Part shown: one piece after another, positions 1 through 49,669 of the stretch | Numbering within the stretch: the first letter of the stretch is position 1 | Layout of the letters: the number at the start of each line of letters is the position of its first letter | DNA from: Lingula anatina | Lineage: Eukaryota; Animalia; Brachiopoda | NCBI GenBank assembly: GCA_051362555.1 | Contig: CM120643.1 | Coordinates: 13,614,644-13,678,643, forward strand | DNA: 64,000 nt | Reading direction: 5' to 3' | Program-made: the position numbers and the translations under genes | The notes under the pieces: model-generated | Told to the model about the DNA's origin: nothing | The model's database searches: none | What the model saw: only the letters and a program-made list of their open reading frames with translations

Positions 1-507
1 GTTTTGGCTCTATTTCTTCCTTAATAATGACACAACCACTCTTCCAGTACTTTACCCTCACTACAAATGACCAAACACACCTACCGGTCACTATAATGAA
101 AAAAAAAATTTTCATCCCTACCTGGCCAAAATTGAAGAAATCTCACAGTGCCGGCACTTATGAAAATCACTCAAAATCACCAAAAATTGACCCGTCTCCG
201 ATTTTTCCAAAATGTGACGAAAATCAACCTACCACACCTGTCATTCATAAAAAATGCGGAAACACGCCCGGATCACTTCATTAAAGCCCCCAATTTCAGC
301 TTTAAAGATTTGTCAAAAAGCACACCTGAGAATAGGATTTGGAGAGAGGGGGGGGGGGGGGTGGAGAGAGTTTTGGCTCTATTTCTGCCTTAATAATGAC
401 ACAACCACTCTTCCAGTACTTTATCCTCACTACAAATGATGAAACACACCTACCGGTCACTATAATGAAGAAAAAAATTTTTCATCCCTACCTGGCAAAA
501 ATTGAAG
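1..507. repeat. end of a tandem repeat with 369-bp period
   Basis: 1-138 is repeated nearly identically at 370-507; the array probably continues left of the window. Confidence 0.8.
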
Positions 508-1610
508 TTAGTGCGATAGTCTCTGAGAATGGTCCCTCAGTATGTAGTCATGTGGTGTCATTTGATTTTTCACTTCAGCACGATGAGACTTTATATTGCA
601 TCCAGTGCTGCGGCAGTTGGGACTCTGGCTCCAAAATCGCCCATCACGGCAATGCCTGAAATGATCAAAATCTTGAGGATTGGCTTTTTTCTTTCTATAT
701 ATTACCTGCAAATATATCACATGATAATATCACGGCAATCCATATGTAGTTGTCCCGACTCAATTTGTCAAAATTACATTTCATTTGATATCAAATATTT
801 ATAAATGAAAATTGTGCTCACTGATAACTCAATCAGAAATTTAATTATCTTAATTATTCTTAAAGTATCATTTGCTTACCTATACTCACTGAAAACTAAG
901 ATTGTCCTATCCTTCTGGATTTGTTCACCAACAGTTGCCAAATACTCAATCAGAATTTGAATTATTTCAGTATTTCTTTAAGTATAATGTATAATTTACT
1001 AATTTATCCTCACTGATAACTAAAATTATCCTTGCTTTGTTTTTTTTCACCAACAGTTTTTTTTTATGAAAAGTAAATTTTGCACAAGTGCTCATGTTCG
1101 TTTCACTTAATTGCAACAGAGAATTACATCTCATATTCATAACCTTGACAAAGTTAAATATTAATGTAGTGTGTGTGCCTGTGTGTGTGTGTGTGCGTGT
1201 GTGACAGGTATATATTTATATGAATGCGCACCCTAAATTATTTCATTTTATTTGTAAATACAATCCATGTATATCTAAGTGCAAAATAGCCATTGTGTTT
1301 TAAATGTTGTGCAAAATTTTAATTGTAAAATCACTGAAATGTTTTTTGTACAAAATACTTGGCAGAAGGGCAGATTATTCCATTGAACATTAATTTTCAT
1401 TCTTTTGATGTTTCATACCAGTGTATTAAAATTAATTCATATGAAATATTCTTCTTCTTTTTACCTTTGGTATGTCCTGCTTATAAGTGATTATTATCAT
1501 TCGATATCTGATGCAGTATTATTAACCCAAATAAAGGGAGTCGGATACTTATCACATACTATAATGTGCCAAGAATAATTTAAAACAGGAACTTTAATAT
1601 AGAAACACAT

Positions 1611-1616
1611 TTTATT
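1611..1616 (-). terminator. candidate CMIP polyadenylation signal AATAAA (would give a ~3.6-kb 3'UTR)
   Basis: AATAAA on the minus strand followed by GT-rich ATGTGTTTCT; a more proximal AATAAA lies at 4790-4795; not distinguishable from chance in AT-rich DNA. Confidence 0.25.
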
Positions 1617-4600
1617 TTCAAAATTGACATTAACATAGAAATAATATAGACAATATTTATGTTAATAAGTATATTTAAATTTTAATAAATGCAGTGTAGC
1701 ACTTTTAACTTAAAATTAATTTTGTCTGGTATTTCTCATAACTCCAATGGACTGAATAAATGATTTACAAAGTGCTCTTAAATGTTTTGCCTTCTTTACA
1801 CAATGGTTTAAATGGCAAACCAAATGAAAAAGGAAGTAATAATATCAAAATATGGAGACCATTTCTTTGAAAAAGTGTGTCCACATGTTCTTTGACTTTA
1901 AATTAAAAAAAAAAAATTAAAGTGTACCTTCATGTGCACTTCAAAAATATATTCGAAGGACAACTGTTTTTGCCAGTGCTTTCATTTGGTCTCTGGAATA
2001 TGTGAAAACAAAACAAAAAAGACCACAATGGCAGAAATGAAAGAGAGAGACATCTGTTAAGTATGAGGGGGGAAGGGTGCAGACCACTTACTCTGTTTGT
2101 CTCAATGCGTTAAATGCCCGTGGTCATGCAAATTAAACGAAAAAAAAAAAAGAATAGTACTGAGACTCATTCATTCAACCTTGGATAACAGCTACTGTTT
2201 ATCCTGGACATAGGAAAACAGTTATACTCGTTGAATGATTAGTTAACATATAATAATTTGTTTCCTGAATAAAGTGATTTAAGACTGTGGAAAAGCAGTA
2301 AGTGTGACATGCACATTTGTAACCCAATCCCAGATTGGTTAATTTTTGGTAAATCTTGAACAGCTTTAATATTGCACACTGCAATAAGGCAGCATATTCA
2401 TCAGCACAGCATAAGAATATGTATGCTTGGACTAGAAACTAATTATACGCCAGCACATATATATGGGGGACGGAACCGGACACAAACGGAGGTTTTACCT
2501 GAACAAAATACTACTTCTAATAATATCTTCAGTTCATTACAGATTGACTAGTGTTACAGTATACATATATGTATATTTATATATAGCAAGGTTAACAAAT
2601 AATATGCAAAGCAATATATTAATTGATTTATATGTATGTTTTGCAACATTAAGGCATACAGTGGTCCATCAGCCTCCTCTGCTGACACTAGAATGTTTTA
2701 AAAGACGAGCCGCCACAATCTGCGATGTTTTCCATAGCAATCTGTTCTATCTAGGAGACCAAACTATGGCATGACAAATGTGATTGTATATTGTATGAAT
2801 ATATTCTGTGACATGAAAACCTTAAAGCAGCTTTTATATTAAAAAATATACATCTTTACAGCTGTCAAAGGAAAGCCATGCATATAACACTTGACAGGAT
2901 AGCACTGCAGTGGGAAGCTGAAAAGCTCTTAAAACATGGCTTTGCCTTTTTAAACTAATCACTTTAACCTGCACCACTGATAATAAAATAATATACTTGC
3001 CTAACTTTTTGGGTGGCATCTTTGCAAAGAAAAGCACGGAGGTGTAATATTTTTACTGTAATTATTTACAAAGACAATACATACTTCTACGTCGCAGAGG
3101 AGTGCACACATAACTTGGATTCATTGATAACAAACAATTACTCTGCACAGTTGGCACCATAACTTAAAGCGGCTAAACAACAAGGAAAACTTTTTTTTCA
3201 CAAACAAAACATGAAAACTGGGCACCAATCTAAATTACATCAAAACAAGGGTATGGAGGAGTGTAGCAAGATTTTTCCATGGTTGCCATCTTGAAATGAT
3301 GTCCGATTGTCCAAGCGACAACATGAAAAAAACATTTTTTTTTTTGGCATCTCTACCACTCCAAGATGGCAGCCATGTCATAATATTTAGGTTCCTCAAG
3401 ACTTAAAATAAATATGTATGTACACACTGTCTATCAGGACAGCAAACAAATGGCTGTCTCAAGAAACAAGGTTTTTATACCTATATCTGTAAATATATCA
3501 TTGTAATATTGCACATGGATGTACGCCCACTGTAACTGCCATGCCACTATATACTAAGATGAAAACCACCATCAAATGCAATCTGCTTTTTTGACCTTTG
3601 CTGTTTACCTTAGCTACCATGTCATTAGTGATGATAAATTCACAAAATTATGGAAGGCCAAATTTTCAGGATTTCCATATTTTGGTTGAAAAATGAACCT
3701 TCGAAATATTTCAGATGGAGATAAGTAATTTTAAGTATTTGCAGCAACATGAGTAATATGATTCCTGTCAAAAGGGCATATTTCTTATTGATTTAAAGAT
3801 TCAAGTCGATTTTTGACGGACAAGTGATTTTTTACATAACACAAGAGAGAATGCTTTCAATAAGTCCATAATTCAACAAACCTTAACCATTTCATATGAA
3901 AACAACATTGCTGTGCTAAATTTATCATCAGCAATTAAAAAAAACTTCTTCAAATCTTTTGAGATATCCTGCTCCTTTGCGCTACAACGTGTCACCAACC
4001 AGCGGTGCAAAATGGCACTTGAAAGTAAAATTTTGATTATGTTCACAAAAAAAAAAAAAAAAAAAAAAAAAAAGTGGCTTTTTAATTTGTTGGGCATCTT
4101 GTCAAGATGGGTAACAGCTACTTTTGAATACAGTTTGCTGGATGCAACCATCATACTTAACAAATGTGTTAGGTTGTTTTCAGTTCACACTCTATTTTAG
4201 CCCATAGCACATAACACCGACATCAAAATTGCCAAATAATAAAACTTTGACACCTGACACGTGCGTATGCTTATTCAATTTCAACCCTGAGGCAGGAATC
4301 ATTCTTGGCCACGTTATCTTGGGCATTCCTTTGTTGACGATGACCCATTTTTCACACACATCCATATTCACACGTATCATATTCTTCAACAAGTTTACCA
4401 CCTCTCTCACAGACATCTCATCCAGTATATAAAAGCAGAGGCAAATAAAGACAATATGAATAAATAACATAAATAATCCTTTGTACATTCACATGTAACA
4501 TATGGTCCTGCCATATCAAAGGCTATATCAAAATCCGCAAAACACTTACTGGTACTACACAATATATGTATTGTGATCTACATGTATATATACTGAGTGT

Positions 4601-5196
4601 CAACTGATATACTGTTTTCACAACGTTAGTGTGTGTGATTATACTAGTATAATATTGTCATTGGCTGTTTAACTTCAACAACCAGGCTGCAGAAGTAGTA
4701 GGCTTTAACATTCAACCATTACAATATATGCCATAGCTAGTTGTGCTGCAGTACATAAATGTCTATGATTCCTGGCAACTTTTCCAAGTTTTATTTTAAT
4801 CCCCGTTTTTGTGCTCTCTTGTGACAAGGGCCTTTCCCAGAATGTATAAGTCTGTGCTTTTTTCGATCTTCCGTTCCCAAGAACTTCCTGAGCACACAAT
4901 TCTGTCAGAATGTACAACCATCCACCTATGTGACTTCCATGTGCTGTTTGTCACAGTGTTGGTTGTCATAGCGCTGATTGTCACTGGATCAGTCACATTT
5001 GCAGTTGCCATGGAGCACCAGACTTTGTTCACTGCCACGGCAACTGAGCCAACAATGATGCTGCTTGTGATCAGTCATATCTGACAAGTATTTAGTAGCC
5101 ATGGTGCTGGTTGCCATGGTTTCGGTTGCCATAGCAAGTGTAAAGTGATGATTGTTAAGCTCTACCATACAGAGTTACTGCAGCCCTTTCATCTAG

Positions 5197-42888
<37,692 letters not shown>

Positions 42889-43127
42889 GTTGAAAAAACA
42901 CCACCAGCCAAATTTCCACGAAAAACAAGACTCCCTTCGCTCTGAATTCTCCACTTTGAAGGTTGGCGTGACGCTTCAAAAATTGATAAACGCCTCTCCT
43001 GGTTATCTTTAGAATCCCTTAAAGGACAGGGGGCAATCCAGAGGAAATTATCAGTTAAAACATGGTACTCCTAATAATGCTCGGTCTACTGTCAATGACA
43101 TGAAAAGGTTTGTGTACATCAGGCTCA

Positions 43128-43860
43128 GAGACCACGTGACTACTGACGTCAAAGCCGGGAAGACTGCGATTGTGCTGCTACACAAAGCCCCTCTAACACA
43201 ATCGGTCTTCTGTAAATGACATTGAAAATGTTGTAATATGTTACCCACCACCAGGGTGACAGATTGATTTTCACAAGATATTCACAGATATGTCTTGAGG
43301 TAAAAAGACAGTCATTTGATTGGCTGGCTTTTTTAAATTTGCCTATAATATCTGCCATCTTGGCAGAGGGTAGTAATATGTAGGCTACATCAGAATCAGG
43401 CCATGTGACTCTGACGTCAAAGTTGGGAAAACTGCGGTTGTTATCCAACCCCCCGCTAACATAATCAAGTTTTATCCGAGGAAATATACATAAGTAGCTT
43501 AAGCCTGCTAATCGGGCACGCAAAACTCTGTTGTAATATAATATATAATTACAATGATAATGATAAACCTTCTATTTTTGTTATTGGCTGGCCCAAAAAA
43601 AAAAAACGCGTATGGCTATATTGAAAGGCAATTTATATAGCAGCAAAATCTAAATAAATATAGTAAGCTTTGTAATTGTTATGATTCTGTATGTAGTGGT
43701 ACCTTGATTGAAATATTCTAACATAAAATTCAAGCATTCTTCACCAAGACTTTCGCCAACTGTGATTTTGAATGAATGAATGTAGGCCTATTAATCAGTT
43801 AATCAAGCAGAAAGTATGCCTGAATGATGGAATTGATGAATCCACTTGGTGACGTCAAAA
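43128..43860 (-). promoter_or_regulatory. probable CMIP promoter region with three full CRE palindromes, an E-box and a YY1-like motif
   Basis: TGACGTCA at 43144-43151, 43412-43419 and 43850-43857; CACGTG at 43133-43138; GCCATCTT at ~43354; 250-970 bp upstream of the ATG. Confidence 0.55.
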
Positions 43861-44378
43861 ATCTGAAGTAATTTTTGTGTCGGATGTTAATCCTGTATTT
43901 AAGCGTATGACTCAATGCACTGTCGTGCGACAAAAATAAATCAGCATATCAACAAGTGACGCTGAAGATCTATTTAATTCCTGGTCGTGATAACCGACAT
44001 GATAACAAATCTGAGTTGATTTTCAGCTATCAAGGGATCTACGGTACAAATGTTTGGTCGTTTACTGATTATTTAAAGACTAAGACATTATAGTTTTTTT
44101 CTTGCAAAAAAAATGGATCTTTATTTCGGGAAAGAAGAGAAATGAAATTCAAAAGCCAACAAGGACACGTGTATAATGAATTTTAGATTTTAGATTAAAG
44201 TTTAGATTTTAGATTAATTTCTGACAAGCTATAGCATACGTATACATGTAGTGCCTGTACATAGGCTGTATATGTGTCATAGAAGTATGATATGTGCAGA
44301 ACATGAAATGTGCCATCTCCACCCGTCACTCCTGACAGCCGAAACGGGGTTAATAGGGATTAAACCCATACACCCCTT

Positions 44379-44645
44379 CAGTGGCGGATTTAGTGGGTGT
44401 AAGGGGAGTGCTGATTCCCCCTTCGATTTCTGATTTAAAAAAAGGTACAAAAAACGTCCACCCGAATCATAGTTCTAAACCGTACCAAATGGCTCCATTT
44501 GCTCTCCAACACACCGATTATTTTCGGGGCCCTCGAGCGTGCCCCGAACCTGACGCCAAGGTGGAGAGGGACCGCCTCGCAATCCGAAGCTTGTCAATCC
44601 CTAAAAAACGCCCCCCCCCTTCAAAAAAATCTGTATCCGCCCCTG
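44379..44645. mobile_element. CAG(T/G)GGCGGAT-terminus non-autonomous DNA transposon (hAT-like)
   Basis: TIR CAGTGGCGGAT/ATCCGCCCCTG; flanks cccctt/tccctt. Confidence 0.75.
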
Positions 44646-44761
44646 TCCCTTCACCTGCCACTTGTGCTCCCCCCTTTACGTATTGTGTGTTTGTGTCAGT
44701 CCATCCCTGATACCCGTGATATGTCTGTGACTTTCCTTCTACCAGAGCGGCAGATATAATA

Positions 44762-44987
44762 GGGTGCTTTCCCAGAGATTTAGATCGATCTAAAGATTAA
44801 GTTTTAGATCGACCTAACTCCCTGGGGGTTCACACTAAATTGCAGTCAGCCGAGCGGGCACCATAGTTAATTACCCCCGTACAGCTTTTAGTAGGCGGGA
44901 CAGACGCTTAAGCCGGCCAAGCTGACAGTAATCTAGTGAGACTCCCCACAGGGATAGATCGATCTAAAATTCTATGGAAATGGGGTG
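44762..44987. mobile_element. GCATTC-terminus MITE family A
   Basis: same core AGTTAATTACCCC..AGCTTTTAGTAGGCGGGACAGAC. Confidence 0.85.
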
Positions 44988-46858
44988 TTTAAGCACATTT
45001 GCCACCTACCACAGTTACAAGAGTGACCATATTTTGCCAGATCGAGGCATTGGGCCTATCTGTGACTATCTAGTGAGAAATCAATCAGTGGATCTGGTAG
45101 AGGGTATCTATGTCTTAGGTATAGGCTCCTATCGACTCAATAGAAATCAGTGTAAATTATGTGTTTTTAAGAAACAAGGGGTGTTAACGACGGGGGATCT
45201 CCTGCCAGTGACAGGCAATTACTTGCAGGCCTATGTTTTCGACTCCAGTGGCAATATGACTCATTTACCACAAGAATAAAACACGATGGCGTTGAATACT
45301 TTGTTTTACCCTTATCCGCCATTCTAACCGTAGCGCTGTTTTTGAAGTGATCACTAAGAGTCTAAGAATAAAATATTTTACAGGAAATTGATATGTTTTG
45401 ATTCCACTTCTAAATAATGAAAGCCATATCAAGTGTTAAGCAATCTTTTTAAAATGATGAATACCGACTCTTGCCGAAAATGAATTCATGATCAAGTACT
45501 ATACGTAATACAGATAAAGTAAAACTATGCTAAATTCAGTTAATAAATATGGAAATTACGCATTCAGGCAGAAAGATAGAAAGTAAACAGATGGAAATAG
45601 CGCACTCAGGTGCGAAAACAAAAACATGCTTCTTTCCTTTTACGGCAATTTGTCACGTTTGTTTACTTGGAAATGTGAAAGAAGACACAAAACGTGACCC
45701 TTGAGGGCGAATAGTTGGCGGCATATATTATACAACGAATGTTTCTCCTCGTGTTTATTTAATGAAGCTTTTTCCTTAAAAACAGCTATATTTACATCTT
45801 TCACCGAATACTTGTAAGTGAGATTCCATGTCTAAATTTCAAAACAATGTATTTACGAAAATCGTTCCATTTTGCAATCAACATGGTTATCTTTTTACCT
45901 TAAAACGCTTAAAACCAAAACCCATTTAATAGACAGAGCCCCAGCTTTGAAAGAAACATCCAGGAAGTTCCTCACCTAATGATTTTCCCTCTTTTAGCAG
46001 TGCACATGTTGGGTTGAGTAAACTAATGACGTAATTCCTATGTCCATCACATATGGTTTCGGGATATTGTAATGTTCCCCCCGCAAGGAAGTCAGGACCT
46101 TGTTCTTTTCGTCTGTTTGATCTCATTTAATTTGACTCTGTTCGTTACTTTTCATCTTGACATAAAATAAGGCATGTAAAATTTTGTTCGACCTGGAATT
46201 TTTAACTACCTATACATAGACCGAAGAAAAGACAACGTTTAAAAATTAGTTCTATCTTATTATGTTACAGCAAACATAAAAAAAACGGAGCACATGAATG
46301 TAAGCCGTTTTTAATATCTTTAAGGAATAACAGCTCTTCATTTTGACCAGAAAAAGTGCCAAATCGGATTTTCGTGCGGTAAACGACGATGTTTCGATAA
46401 TTCCCAATGGTTAATGAATCTGTTCCGACATTCAAATTTAGTCCATGTTATTTTTATGTTGGATTTTTGTAATAATCTTGTAAGAAATTATTACTGAGGA
46501 TAACCAGCTATTGAAGGTCCACGTGGTCTGATGGCAAGCACAGATTTCAGAATAATAGTGACAACCGCCGTTTTGGTGGTAAAATGGAATTTATTATATC
46601 TGTATGTGTTATTTACAATGAATTTAATGTAGATTTTTGAACCTCAGATTAACCGTTGTTATCCCTTTGACAGAGTAAAGATTATACCAGAAAATACTGA
46701 ACCAGAAGAGAAGTAGTTCACGAGTCTGTGCACGTGCGTGCACGAGCACTCGAAAGTGTACATGTGAGCTCCTTAAGTAGGTACGTGTTACGTTAGTAGG
46801 CTCGAGCGTCCAGCTGTGCACCCTCCAGGATGATTACTTCCGACTCTCAAGAAAGGAT

Positions 46859-48383
46859 AATAAAGGGAACCGGAGAAGATCAGCATTGGTCAGAATTGTG
46901 CCGGAAGTGACGTGGAGTGGTGTTAGAAACGAAGCTGAGTGGTCATTTTAACATAGAGGTGAACGGCAGTGAAGACGGGTTGTCGGAGGAAAAAGAAGTT
47001 TTCTAAACAACATGGTAAGATAACTCTCTTTTTTTTCGCATTTTGGGCAGAGAAAACTTGTAGAAATAATAAATGCATGATATGAAAACGTGACACGGAA
47101 CTTGAAGGTGCAAAATCGTGCTTAATTGGCGGTCAACTTGTTTAGAAATAAATGCTGCGTCGACCGCCAGCGCGACAAAAAGCGTAAAGGGGAAATAATT
47201 CCCGGGAGTCTATAAATCGTTGTCATGTGGAAATTTGGCATTAATATAAGCCGATATCTCCATATCTAAGTATTTTTGGGTGTTTTATGGTATGGGCTGC
47301 AATTACAACGATGTTTTAGAGGTCTTGAAGGACCTTGTGAAAACCAGGAAGTAGTTCGTAACTAACAAGTGGAATGTACCGATCTCCGACTGCTGTGCAC
47401 AGCTGTATCTTTTTCTCAATATATTGACGAATTTTTAGATCTTTATATGTCCATCTGGCATGAAATTCCACACACATGATCACACTGATATACCTTTTAC
47501 ACTGGGGAAGGCGCTAATCAGTGACAAATGCCAAGACAAAGGTGACATTCTGACAGCCTCTTATCTGAGTTAAAAATCACTGACAAAAGAGACTGGCAAT
47601 CAATTTCCTCAGGCTGGAAATCATTAGCCTATAGAAATTGGTCATGTTACATGTTATCTACCTGTGAGAATCGTTTTACCAACTGAGTATTGCATAATAA
47701 TGTCAATTATTAGTACTTTGAGCTAGTCTTAATTACCTGTCAGCTCACCTGAATTCTCTTTTTGTCTTTTTGGGAAGATCTTGTCAGTGAAATGTTTTAT
47801 TTGTCCTGTGACAAAAATTCGTCAATATATTGAAAAAAAGATACAGCTGTGCACAGCAGTCGGAGATCGGTACATTTCACTTGTTAGTTACGAACTACTT
47901 CCTTGTTTTCACAAGGTCCTTCAAGACCTCTAAAACTTCTTTCTAATTGCAGCTTATACACCCCAAAAATACTTAGATATGGACATATCGGATTATATTA
48001 ATGCCAAATTTCCACATGGCAACGATTTACAGCCTCCCGGGAATTATTTTCCATTTACACTCTTTGTCGCAATGGCGGTCGATGCAGCATTCATTTTAAA
48101 ACAAGTTGACCGCCAATTAAGCACGATTTTGCACCTTCAAGTTCCGTGTCACGTTTTCATATCATGCATTTATTATTTCTGCAAGTTTTCTCTGCCCAAA
48201 ATGCGTAAAGAAAAAGTGTTATCTTACCATGTTGTTTAGAAAACTTCTTTTTCCTCCGACAACCCGTCTTCACTGCAGTTCACCTCTATGTTAAAATGAC
48301 CACTCAGCTTCGTTTCTAACACCACTGCACGTCACTTCCGGCACAATTCTGACCAATGCTGATCTTCTCCGGTTCCCTTTATT
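46859..48383. mobile_element. foldback-type non-autonomous element with ~575-bp inverted arms and a 376-bp spacer
   Basis: 46859-47436 is the near-exact reverse complement of 47813-48383; ends aa-TA-AAGGG...CCCTT-TA-tt (TA TSD or degenerate Kolobok-like TTAA). Confidence 0.85.
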
Positions 48384-48617
48384 GCAGTGTTCGTTTGAAT
48401 AATCGCTAAACCGCTCTATATTAAGCAAATCTCTTTTCTGGGCTTAACTTCCAGTTTAGACAGAAAGCTCTACAGTTTTTGCTTGGCAAAATTAACCAAC
48501 TGGGTTCTCTGGGCAGTTAGATGTGATCGTATCTGAAGGAAATTCTGGACTTCCGAACTTTTCAATTTTGTATTAATGACACATGAAGTGCTTTCTAGCC
48601 TTAAAAGGCTCAGGTGT

Positions 48618-48791
48618 GCCGGTGTAATGTGACAGAGAGTCCCCCATAACAGAAAGTCCGTTTCCCATTCATTTGTTCAGGTAAGCCTCGCCCTAGATTT
48701 TGACCCACTTAGGTCAAACTAACCCTAACCATTATGACTAAATGGATGGCGAACTTTCTGTTACACGGACTCTCATTTTCGTTACACCGGC
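48618..48791. mobile_element. hairpin MITE with GCCGGTGTAA termini and internal AACCCTAACC
   Basis: GCCGGTGTAA..GAGAGTCC..TAACAGAAAGT inverted as ACTTTCTGTTA..GGACTCTC..TTACACCGGC. Confidence 0.75.
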
Positions 48792-49126
48792 GCCTAGCTA
48801 ACCTCAATGCTTCATCAGTTACACCAGACATTCACAAGATCTTAACAATGGGAAAGGCAAGTGAACTGTGAGGATGTCACTGAAGTGTTTTTGCTCTATA
48901 TTTTTGTATATTGCACAAAAGATTGCCAAAATAAATTCAGTTTAACTTTTCCTCTCACTGAGAAATATCATATATATAAAGATGATACAGTTCACCACCT
49001 ACAGTATCATGTAGACGCGCCGTCTTGAATGTTATTAACCCAAAAATGTCTGTAATTAGAATGATTATCATCGTTTAATCTCTATAATAATATATAACAA
49101 TTTCCCCAGCATTTAGCCGTCCGTAA

Positions 49127-49347
49127 AACCCCCTTTACACTGGACGGTGTCCTTTATGCGTCCTTTGTGCGACCATGAAACTGGCATCTCTGGGGTCGTA
49201 GAAAGGAGGCACAAGCATGCATCGCTTTTCGACTATTTGGTTGGAGAATGACTGCTCAATGATCGACCAGTTGTAGGCAAGTAAAGTATTATCCTTTTAC
49301 TCTCAAACAGGGCCGTACTACAGGACGCCGTCCAGTGAGAGAGGGTC
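49127..49347. mobile_element. PIF/Harbinger-like MITE with TAA TSD
   Basis: TAA|AACCCCCTTTACACTGGACGG...CCGTCCAGTGAGAGAGGGTC|TAA; internal match to the 11499 copy (TGCTCAATGATCGACCAGTTGT). Confidence 0.8.
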
Positions 49348-49610
49348 TAATCAAGCTGTTGCAACTGTCACATCTCCAGGCTGATGAAGTGGTACCATTA
49401 CTATGTACATCATTGATTGCGTTAGGTGTTCTCTTGGCTTAGAATTGAGTGTGGAGTTCCATTTCTATCTGACCACAAGGTGCGCTTGTAGTGTATGTAC
49501 AGTGTAGTGTTGAATGGGCCACAGTGTATTTTTGTATGCTATTTTAGGAGCCCCTGATATCAGAGGGTAGAGCTAAATCCCTTTAACGAAACTATCCATT
49601 AGATGTGTCG

Positions 49611-49669
<59 letters not shown>

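Noticed and set aside
27-804. Overlapping short ORFs with a repeated MTQPLFQYF peptide
   Set aside because: Products of the 369-bp tandem repeat; no domain or splice support.
42889-42954. GTG-initiated N-terminal extension of CMIP (MENSERRE...)
   Set aside because: No recognisable homology; ATG 42888 has a strong context.
44974-45279. 101-aa ORF as a possible divergent gene sharing the CMIP promoter
   Set aside because: Its ATG lies inside a MITE end, there is no recognisable domain and no partner exons were found.
48719-48731. AACCCTAACC telomere-like motif
   Set aside because: Fewer than two units and internal to a MITE; not an interstitial telomere.
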